Below, piece by piece: positions 1 to 7,191 of a DNA stretch of 28,571 nt. Source of the DNA: Verrucomicrobiota bacterium (GTDB taxonomy: Bacteria; Verrucomicrobiota; Verrucomicrobiia; Limisphaerales; SXQI01); contig JANRLX010000057.1 of the NCBI GenBank assembly GCA_033762115.1, positions 1 to 28,571 on the forward strand, read 5' to 3'. Each line of letters begins with the position of its first letter. The stretch's first letter is position 1. Under the pieces are notes generated by a model, which was not told where the DNA came from, did not search any database, and saw nothing but the letters and a program-made list of their open reading frames with translations. A program made the position numbers and the translations under genes.

Positions 1-150
1 AGTCACCTGAAAAGTTTGGGTGCTGGAATTTTCCGATGAAACCGGGAGCGCGTTGGATGCGGTACCGTCGGGATTTGAGATCGGTTGAGGGGATTTGGAA
101 CAGCCAGCCAAAAACAGCATAACTATTAAAAGGCAACTTGATGTCCGCAT
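1..150 (-). CDS. N-terminus of a lipoprotein running off the window edge (possibly SCO-family/copper-binding)
   Basis: Not in the ORF track. Manual translation from ATG at 150: MRTSSCLLIVMLFLAGCSKSPQPISNPDGTASNALPVSSENSSTQTFQVT, open to base 1. Hydrophobic signal, LAGC lipobox and Ser/Pro linker. Family guess rests only on 'TQTFQVT'. Confidence 0.7.
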   Translation of the reverse strand, partial: MRTSSCLLIVMLFLAGCSKSPQPISNPDGTASNALPVSSENSSTQTFQVT

Positions 151-217
151 ATCGAATTATTGTAGCAGGAACTGCTTCGTGAATAAACTGTTGATTTACC
201 AGATGAAGGGGAAATTC

Positions 218-245
218 TTGCCACTGCATTTGCTCTGTTTATGCT
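218..245 (+). promoter_or_regulatory. Putative sigma70-type promoter for the FHA gene
   Basis: TTGCCA (218-223), 16-nt spacer, TATGCT (240-245), 15 nt before ATG 261. Confidence 0.35.
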
Positions 246-260
246 CCGCATAACCTTCGT

Positions 261-1532
261 ATGGCTGTGCTCCTGGCAAAACATAATGGCGTTACCACAC
301 GCTATGAACTCAAGGAAGGAATTAACCGCCTTGGCCGCAACCCCGCCAACGACGTGGTAATTGGTGATCCTTCACTTTCGGGACAACATTGTGAAATCAC
401 AGTCAGAGGCAGTCAGGTGCTGGTCAAGGACCTGGGTTCCACCAACGGTACCTACATCGATTTACAAAAGATCAACCAGGGATCATTTCGCAGCGGCCAG
501 GTTCTGCGGTTGGGAACCGTTGAGCTGACCCTTGATTCAAACAACGACGTTTCACAGGCGAGCCCTGCTCAAACGATTCCCCCGCCACCCATTCCGCCAC
601 CGGTGCCTGCAACGAACCCGTGTGCGCGACATCCGGTCGTTGAAGCCGTAGCGGCATGCCCTAAATGCGGCCAGATTTTTTGTAGCCAATGTCTGGTTGA
701 TGGAAAAAAGTTTGGTTTAAACGGCGCGCTATTCTGTCCGAGTTGTTCCACAAAGTGTGATCCACTGGCAGGAGGGCAGGCAAAGAGTGGAAACAGCACA
801 GCAGCCGCAATCAAACGCAGCCTTAATTCCGCCGCTTCCTTTCCCGCTCTGCTCATGGGCGCATTTGCCTATCCCTTTAAACGCAATGGAATTTTCCTGA
901 TGGTTGGAGGAACCATTTTCTTCACAATTGCAGATTTCGTGACTGGTTTTCTCTGGTTGATCGGATTGCTGACGTGGATTCTCTCGAGTGGCTACTTCGT
1001 CGCCTATATGCAGAGCATCGCCACATCTTCTGCTGATGGTGATGAGGATATGCCAAACTGGCCGGATGTTTCGAATTTGTATGAAGACGCAATCGTTCCG
1101 TTCTTTCAAATGGTGGGCACCTGCTTTTCCTGCATGACACCAGCATTATTGGTGAATCGCTGGATGAAACGCGCAGATTACCCGATGCTTGGCGAAGAAG
1201 GGACTTTGGTGGTCGTTGCCTTGCTGGCACTTGCCGGGTTGTTCATGCTACCGATGGCCGTCCTTTCAGTTGCGATGCATGACACCGTGAAGGCTGCATT
1301 ATTGGCGGTGCCGGCAATTTTCAAAGTGCCGTGGCATTATTGTATTGTGGTGTTCGCATTGGTCATTTCCCTGGCGATTGTGGTGGGATTGCAAATGCTT
1401 TTGGACATGATGAATCTGCCAATCCTGCCAGCGCTTTTGAGTTCGTTTATCGGGCTGTATTCCGGTTGTGTGGTTATGCGGATGTTGGGACTGCTGTACT
1501 TCACGAATAAGCAAAAAATTGCCTGGTTTTAA
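261..1532 (+). CDS. FHA domain + Pro linker + B-box-like zinc finger + multi-pass membrane domain (DUF4013-like)
   Basis: FHA motifs GR, SxxH and DLGSTNGT; PPPPIPPP linker; CxxH-x7-CxxC-x4-CxxC-x13-CxxC; several C-terminal hydrophobic helices. Confidence 0.8.
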   Translation: MAVLLAKHNGVTTRYELKEGINRLGRNPANDVVIGDPSLSGQHCEITVRGSQVLVKDLGSTNGTYIDLQKINQGSFRSGQVLRLGTVELTLDSNNDVSQASPAQTIPPPPIPPPVPATNPCARHPVVEAVAACPKCGQIFCSQCLVDGKKFGLNGALFCPSCSTKCDPLAGGQAKSGNSTAAAIKRSLNSAASFPALLMGAFAYPFKRNGIFLMVGGTIFFTIADFVTGFLWLIGLLTWILSSGYFVAYMQSIATSSADGDEDMPNWPDVSNLYEDAIVPFFQMVGTCFSCMTPALLVNRWMKRADYPMLGEEGTLVVVALLALAGLFMLPMAVLSVAMHDTVKAALLAVPAIFKVPWHYCIVVFALVISLAIVVGLQMLLDMMNLPILPALLSSFIGLYSGCVVMRMLGLLYFTNKQKIAWF

Positions 1533-1549
1533 TTATACGAGGAATCTTT

Positions 1550-2296
1550 ATGAAGAAGCTAGAGATAATCTTATCAGTGGCATTAATCGGTCTCAGCATA
1601 GGATGTGTCAGTGACCGATCGTCCTTTCATCGAACAGATTACAATAACAATCAGATTTATTGTGGGTTCAATGCCGCCAATCAACTGCAGGAGCAGCAGG
1701 TCACTGGAGCGGAAGCTGAAGAAGCGACAGAAGCGGCCATCCAAAAAGCGGTGGAACGTTCCAAAGGTATCAAGCTGGAGAAAGGCTCCGGAATCCTGGT
1801 GATGCAATCAGGCTCTTCGTTGCCTGACAAGAAACTCGTGCAACTTCTTGAGACCTACTTTAGACCGATTCCTTACAGCGGCCTGTCCTCTGAATTAAGT
1901 AAAGGTGTGGATAATGTGACTCCCCTCAAACTCTCAAGGAAGCTGCGGTTGAATGCAGCGCATGCCGGAGCGGATTTTGTGCTGGTTTATTGGGGTGAAA
2001 TGGAGATTGCGCGGGAAGAGCTGGAAACAAAACTGGTTTCCTGGGTGCCGGTGCTGGATATGGTGGTGCCGGACGAAAAACAAAAGCTTCGGTTGCATCT
2101 TAAGGCAGTGTTGATGGACGTTCGGAGCGGCGACTGGGTTTCATTTCGCACGCCGCCTCACCTTTCAGATACGGTGACGACAAGTTTTGCGAGGGACAAT
2201 ATCGAACCAGAAGAGGTGACCGCGTTAAAGGACAAAGCTTACCTGGATATGACTGAGGCGCTGGTTCGCCAGTACACTGTTACTGCAGGCAATTGA
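1550..2296 (+). CDS. Putative lipoprotein of unknown function
   Basis: GAGGA RBS; MKK + hydrophobic stretch + SIGC lipobox-like motif; 17 nt after the FHA gene. Confidence 0.65.
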   Translation: MKKLEIILSVALIGLSIGCVSDRSSFHRTDYNNNQIYCGFNAANQLQEQQVTGAEAEEATEAAIQKAVERSKGIKLEKGSGILVMQSGSSLPDKKLVQLLETYFRPIPYSGLSSELSKGVDNVTPLKLSRKLRLNAAHAGADFVLVYWGEMEIAREELETKLVSWVPVLDMVVPDEKQKLRLHLKAVLMDVRSGDWVSFRTPPHLSDTVTTSFARDNIEPEEVTALKDKAYLDMTEALVRQYTVTAGN

Positions 2297-2297
2297 T

Positions 2298-2822
2298 CTA
2301 AGTCACGCTGCGGGGATAAGTCTTGAGCCAGATGGCGCGCGTGGATGGAAACGCGATTTCATCAAGCGGCAGATCTGATGGCGTGATCCATTCAAAAGCG
2401 GCGACGTCATCCAAGGCGACTACGATCTGGTTGGCTGGCACAAACGCCTTGAAATAAAAATCCAGAACTGGATAGGTGACCCCGGCGTAATGGTAAAGAT
2501 TCGGTTCTGAACCAAGGAATTCCAGGTGGTCCAATGTGATCCCCACTTCCTCCAGCACTTCTCTGCGAAGGCCTTCTTCAGCTGTTTCCCCAATTTCCAG
2601 AAAGCCTCCGGGCAATCCAATTTTGCCGCTGGCCGGGTTTCGTGCCCTTCGGATCACCAGCGCCTTGCCATCTGTCCGCTCAAGGATGGCCGCAGCGGCT
2701 GCGGTCGGCCCGAAATAATAAGTAAAACCGCACTGGTGGCATTGGAAGGGACTCGGTTGCGTCTGCGAAAGTCGAGCCTGACCACACTTTGGGCAGTGAC
2801 GGAAAAGTTCTGAGGGAAGCAT
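2298..2822 (-). CDS. Nudix hydrolase with N-terminal zinc ribbon
   Basis: CPKC...CHQC; Nudix box GGFLEIGETAEEGLRREVLEEVGI. ATG at 2822 (MLPSELF) preferred over 2840, which overlaps cstA. Confidence 0.88.
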   Translation of the reverse strand: MLPSELFRHCPKCGQARLSQTQPSPFQCHQCGFTYYFGPTAAAAAILERTDGKALVIRRARNPASGKIGLPGGFLEIGETAEEGLRREVLEEVGITLDHLEFLGSEPNLYHYAGVTYPVLDFYFKAFVPANQIVVALDDVAAFEWITPSDLPLDEIAFPSTRAIWLKTYPRSVT

Positions 2823-2833
2823 GATACAAGGCG

Positions 2834-5188
2834 TTAACAACAGCGGCGAACGGAGTTGTAGCGATTTTCGAGGAGATCGGCGTATTGTTTTTTTTCATCG
2901 AGCTGGTGTGGATGCTCATGGCAGCAAGCAGCTAGTGCCTGTGCTTTTGTTCGTTCATGCTCCGCTTCGCCTGAGAGTTCTTTCAACAGCGCAAAAAGCA
3001 GGGCAAACAGGGTGAAAAGTTTCAACGGTCTGCCTTCCGCAATCGCGTAATCGGGAAGCCATACTGGAGGTGATTCCCGCAATTGAGCGATTTTTTTTCC
3101 TGCAAGAAGCGTGATCCACTCGATGACACTGAGGATAAAAACGAATCCTGAGAGCAGGAGAAAAACGGAGGCAACCACCGCATCCAGATACTGATTAAAC
3201 CAGAGCACCCGGTTTCTTTTCACAGCTTTCCTTGCGGTTTCAAGGAGGGAAGGGTCAGTTCCCTTTTCGGCGAGGCGGACTGCTTCCTGCAATGCCGGGA
3301 GGTTTTTATCCAGGGCACGGGACATGGCCATAAAACCGATCCGAGGGTCTGGATGAAAGATTTTCTGACCTCCAGCTGTCATTGTCACGACGAGGAGCCA
3401 AAGCAAAGGAACCAATGTGAGCAGAGCGTAAGCGGGCTGTTTTTTGCGGGGAGTTTCATTTCCGGCAACCGGGACAAGGTGCATTTTTAGAATGACGGTT
3501 GTGGCCAGGCAGAGGGCGATGGCTGCGAGCAATTGATTGGCGATACCGAAAAGTGGCCAGAGCGAATTGATTCCTCCGAGCGGGTCGCGAACTCCCTGGA
3601 TTAGAAAATAACCCCATCCGGCGACGATGAGGGTGCTGGCGATGGCATTGGATCGGAGGTCTTTCGTGTCGCCGAGCCGGGGCCATAAACTACCGAGGAC
3701 CTCCTGAAGGAGATAACGGCCGACCCGAGTTCCGGCATCCAGGGTTGTGAGGATGAAAAGCGCTTCGAACATGATGGCGAAGTGGTACCAGATATCGAGC
3801 CAGCGTCCCTGAACTGCGCGGGAAAAAATCTGTGCCATTCCAATTGCCAGAGTGGCAGCGCCACCGGTGCGGCCAAACAAGGTTTTTTCCTGCACATCAT
3901 CGGCCAGTTTTTCCATTTGTTCGACGGTGACTGGAAATCCAGCGGCATTGACTTTTGCCACTGTTTCCCTGGCGATGGCCGCGGCGTCAGTGCCGGTGGA
4001 ATTGATGTTGATGCTCAGGTAAACACCGGGATCAAGCGTGCAGGCAGCAATCATGGCCATGATTGCCACGAGTGACTCCAGGCACATGGCCCCGTAACCG
4101 ATGGGCCGGGCATAGCTTTCTCGGGTGATGATTTTCGGGGTTGTGCCACTTGAGATGAGAGTGTGAAAACCTGAAATTGCACCGCAGGCGATTGTGATAA
4201 AACAAAATGGGAAAAGTTTACCGGCAAAAACAAGGCCTGATCCATCAATGAATTTGGTCACGGCAGGCATTTGAATTGCGGGAAGGACAAGAAAAACTCC
4301 AAGAGCGAGGGCGAAGATCGTCCCCAATTTCATGAAGGTGCTAAGGTAATCGCGCGGGGCGAGGAGTAGCCAGACAGGAAGCACGCTGGCAGCCAGGCCG
4401 TAAAGGATAATGGCCCAGGCCAGTGGTTCGGCGCGAAATGTCAACGCCTCTGACCATTCGGGATGAGCATGGATATATTTCCCACCCCAAACTGCAAAAA
4501 GCAGAAGGATCACACCCAGGGCGGAAGCTTCCATGACTTTCCCAACTCGCCAGTAACGAAGGTACCCTCCCATGAACATGGCGATGGGAATCGTTGCCCC
4601 AACGGTGAAGACTCCCCAGGGACTTTCCGCAAGAGCCTTGACCACCACAAGCGCCAGCACCGCGAGCAGGATCACCATGATGGCAAGGATTGCGACTACC
4701 GCCACCGCTCCGGCCATGGTGTTGAGTTCTTCCCGGACCATTTGCCCGAGCGATTTCCCATTTCTTCTGATGGAAGAGAAGAGAATCACGAAATCCTGCA
4801 CCGCCCCACCCAACACCACCCCGATCAGAATCCATAACGTGCCAGGCAGGTAACCAAACTGTGCGGCGAGGACCGGTCCAACCAGGGGGCCTGGACCAGA
4901 GATGGCAGCAAAATGATGTCCAAAAACGATCCACTTGTTCGTTTTAACGAAATCCTTGCCATCGTCCTGAACTTCACACGGGGTGGCGCGACGATCATTT
5001 AACATCAACACTTTTACGGCGATCCATTTCGAATAAAAGCGATAACCGATCGCATAGGTGCAAAGCGCGGCTATCAATAAATACACAGAACTGATTTGGT
5101 CCCCTCGATAAAGCGCAAGGGTGGCATAAGCTCCTGCTCCCAGAAGGGCAATGGCTAACCATAAAATTGTGCTGAGCAGAGTTCGCAT
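2834..5188 (-). CDS. cstA: Carbon starvation protein A (CstA/BtsT-family pyruvate/peptide transporter) with C-terminal YbdD/YjiX-like extension
   Basis: Motifs FGHHFAAISGPGPLVGPVLAAQFGYLPG, LLAPRDYLSTF, FITIACGAISGFH, LTTLDAGTRVGR, LWPLFGIANQLLA. Start placed at MRTLL (5188); ORF extends to 5266. Confidence 0.95.
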   Translation of the reverse strand: MRTLLSTILWLAIALLGAGAYATLALYRGDQISSVYLLIAALCTYAIGYRFYSKWIAVKVLMLNDRRATPCEVQDDGKDFVKTNKWIVFGHHFAAISGPGPLVGPVLAAQFGYLPGTLWILIGVVLGGAVQDFVILFSSIRRNGKSLGQMVREELNTMAGAVAVVAILAIMVILLAVLALVVVKALAESPWGVFTVGATIPIAMFMGGYLRYWRVGKVMEASALGVILLLFAVWGGKYIHAHPEWSEALTFRAEPLAWAIILYGLAASVLPVWLLLAPRDYLSTFMKLGTIFALALGVFLVLPAIQMPAVTKFIDGSGLVFAGKLFPFCFITIACGAISGFHTLISSGTTPKIITRESYARPIGYGAMCLESLVAIMAMIAACTLDPGVYLSININSTGTDAAAIARETVAKVNAAGFPVTVEQMEKLADDVQEKTLFGRTGGAATLAIGMAQIFSRAVQGRWLDIWYHFAIMFEALFILTTLDAGTRVGRYLLQEVLGSLWPRLGDTKDLRSNAIASTLIVAGWGYFLIQGVRDPLGGINSLWPLFGIANQLLAAIALCLATTVILKMHLVPVAGNETPRKKQPAYALLTLVPLLWLLVVTMTAGGQKIFHPDPRIGFMAMSRALDKNLPALQEAVRLAEKGTDPSLLETARKAVKRNRVLWFNQYLDAVVASVFLLLSGFVFILSVIEWITLLAGKKIAQLRESPPVWLPDYAIAEGRPLKLFTLFALLFALLKELSGEAEHERTKAQALAACCHEHPHQLDEKKQYADLLENRYNSVRRCC

Positions 5189-5372
5189 GGGCGTTAGGCG
5201 AATCTTGCGTAAAACCTGTTCGCCATGAAAAGGCAAATCTGTTTGCCGACTGAGACAAAAAGACACTTACGAGTCCTGTAACAGTTTCGCCGTTTGGCGA
5301 CATTATGTCTCTATGTTAAATTGGTGTACTCCTTAAGTATCTTAAAACCAATTGGTTGCGATACGGAAAATT

Positions 5373-5389
5373 TTGGCATTCAGATAGCT
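5373..5389 (+). promoter_or_regulatory. Sigma54 (RpoN) -24/-12 promoter for the hsp20 pair
   Basis: TTGGCATTCAGATAGCT: GG (5375-5376)-N10-GC (5387-5388), close to TTGGCAC-N5-TTGCW. Predicted +1 near 5400, just before the RBS and ATG 5416. Confidence 0.65.
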
Positions 5390-5415
5390 AAATGAATATC
5401 AAGAAAGGAAATGAT

Positions 5416-5880
5416 ATGAGACTAATGAGATTTCAACGCCCTGAAGTTTGGAACTGGTCTGCATTTGATCAGTTGGACAATCTCCGCGAGGAGATCAATC
5501 GATTGTTTGAAACGCCGAATAACGGATTTGCTCGTTCGGAGGTGCTTAATTCGTGGGCTCCAGCCCTGGACCTTTACGAAGACAAGAATAACCTTGTGGT
5601 GAAGGCAGAACTCCCTGGCTTGAAGAAGGAAGAAATCGAGATTTCCTTCCATGATCGTGCTTTGACGATTGCAGGGGAACGGAAACATGAGAAAGCCTAC
5701 GAAGGATCTGAAACATCACGTGCGGAACGATTCTTTGGAAGGTTTCAGAGGACTCTGGCTTTGCCGAAAGCAGTTGATGCAAACCAGATCACCGCATCTT
5801 ACAAGGATGGAATCCTGACGGTCACTCTTCCCAAGAGTGAAGAAGCCAAGCCAAGGCAAATTGAAGTAAAAACCAAGTAA
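5416..5880 (+). CDS. Small heat shock protein, Hsp20/alpha-crystallin family
   Basis: WAPALDLYE, AELPGL, ERFFGRFQRTLALP, ASYKDGILTVTLPK. AAAGGAAA RBS precedes ATG 5416; ORF track start is 5392. Confidence 0.95.
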   Translation: MRLMRFQRPEVWNWSAFDQLDNLREEINRLFETPNNGFARSEVLNSWAPALDLYEDKNNLVVKAELPGLKKEEIEISFHDRALTIAGERKHEKAYEGSETSRAERFFGRFQRTLALPKAVDANQITASYKDGILTVTLPKSEEAKPRQIEVKTK

Positions 5881-5911
5881 CGAATGGAACCGGGTTCCGG
5901 TTTCAAGAAAG

Positions 5912-6301
5912 ATGATTATGAAAAACAACACCACAACGCTTGAAAATTCCTCTGTGACAACTGAGCGCCCATTCAAGGGATATCTATTGCCGCAGGTCAA
6001 TATCGTGGAGACCCAGGAAGGGTACCTGCTCGAAGCAGAAATGCCGGGAGTAGGCAAAGAAGGATTGGAAGTCGCCCTTGAAGGCAATGAATTGACTATT
6101 GTGGGGCACAAAGCGCAGGAGCAAAGCTCTGCGGAACTGCTCTATCGCGAATCTTCGCAGAAGGATTATCGTCGCACCTTCGTGCTGGATCCCACGATCA
6201 ATACGTCCCGGATTCAGGCACGGATTGAAAATGGAGTGCTGACATTAACATTACCGAAAGCGGAGGAAGTCAAACCTCGTCGCATTCAGGTAACCGATTA
6301 A
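5912..6301 (+). CDS. Second small heat shock protein, Hsp20 family
   Basis: PQVNIVE, AEMPGV, YRRTFVL, ENGVLTLTLPKAEEVKPRRIQV; start 5912 or 5918. Confidence 0.93.
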   Translation: MIMKNNTTTLENSSVTTERPFKGYLLPQVNIVETQEGYLLEAEMPGVGKEGLEVALEGNELTIVGHKAQEQSSAELLYRESSQKDYRRTFVLDPTINTSRIQARIENGVLTLTLPKAEEVKPRRIQVTD

Positions 6302-6318
6302 TCAAGACAGTAACCAGC

Positions 6319-6349
6319 AACCCGCACCTTCAAGGATGCGGGTTTTTTT
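6319..6349 (+). terminator. Rho-independent terminator after the hsp20 pair
   Basis: AACCCGCA-ccttcaagga-TGCGGGTT followed by a T run. Confidence 0.85.
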
Positions 6350-6368
6350 ATTTCCAGCCACTCTGCTC

Positions 6369-6397
6369 TTGCGAGCGTGGTGCCTGCTTTCTAATGT
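6369..6397 (+). promoter_or_regulatory. Putative sigma70-type promoter for the LysM gene
   Basis: TTGCGA-17 nt-TAATGT, just after the terminator and 10 nt before ATG 6408. Confidence 0.45.
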
Positions 6398-6407
6398 AGG
6401 TTTTCGA

Positions 6408-7046
6408 ATGAGAGTCCACTTTTTTTTCGTTCTGGTAGCTGTGGTTGGGTTGAGTTTTGTTCGCGGCCAGGAAGATAATCCCGCAGTCGCAATGGCTGCC
6501 CGTCAAGCGCAGGAGGAAAGGATTAAAAGCCTTGCAGGAATGGTTGAGGACATGAGGGATGCCTACGAAGTGCAGCAGCGACGGATCGCCACGCTTTCAA
6601 GTGAGCTTTCCACCCTTCGTGAACAACTGCGCGAGGAATATCAATTCACGCGGGAGAAGCTGGTGACCAGGGAGGATTTAAAGAAACTTGCGGAGAAAGT
6701 GCAGGAAATCGACACGAATCGGGAGGCTGACAAAAAACTGATCCTTAAAGAAATCCAGCGCTTGATCGAAGTTGCGGCCAGCACCCCGGTCCCTGAAGTC
6801 AAAACAGCGCCTGTGACTCCTTTGGTTGAGGAGTCAAAACCGAATCCCGATGGTTATTATGCCCACATTGTGCAGAAGAATGAGACCCTTTCTGCAATTA
6901 TAGAAGCGTATAACAACGAGCTAAAGGGGAAGGGCAAGGCGCGGATTACATTGGACATGGTTAAGAAGGCAAATCCTGAGATTAACCCGAACCGCTTAAT
7001 AGTGGGGAAGGAAGTGTTGATCCCTGTTCCTCCAGATAAAAAGTAA
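6408..7046 (+). CDS. Exported coiled-coil protein with C-terminal LysM peptidoglycan-binding domain
   Basis: Signal peptide MRVHFFFVLVAVVGLSFVRG; heptad-rich middle; HIVQKNETLSAI...ANPEINPNRLIVGKEVLIP. The 6336 start lies inside the terminator, so 6408 is preferred. Confidence 0.85.
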   Translation: MRVHFFFVLVAVVGLSFVRGQEDNPAVAMAARQAQEERIKSLAGMVEDMRDAYEVQQRRIATLSSELSTLREQLREEYQFTREKLVTREDLKKLAEKVQEIDTNREADKKLILKEIQRLIEVAASTPVPEVKTAPVTPLVEESKPNPDGYYAHIVQKNETLSAIIEAYNNELKGKGKARITLDMVKKANPEINPNRLIVGKEVLIPVPPDKK

Positions 7047-7191
7047 TTGCATTGGGAGGTAAACCGTAAGGATTTGAAGGGTTTCGGGGTGAATTTTGGC
7101 AACATCAGTTTTTTGTAACCTAACTATCAATTTCCTACTCTTTGGGTGAGAAGAAGCGAATCAAGGATCTTTGATTTGTGGATTCGCACTT

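Noticed and set aside
2834..2842. Selenocysteine at the CstA C-terminus
   Set aside because: Codons are TGT TGT TAA with no in-frame TGA.
5373..5391. CIRCE (HrcA) operator upstream of hsp20
   Set aside because: TTGGCATTC...GCTAA resembles the arms, but the spacing is far shorter than TTAGCACTC-N9-GAGTGCTAA; sigma54 geometry fits exactly.
7114..7141. ECF-sigma-like promoter (GTAACC...CTACTC) before the acyltransferase
   Set aside because: Plausible but too short and degenerate to support without comparative data.
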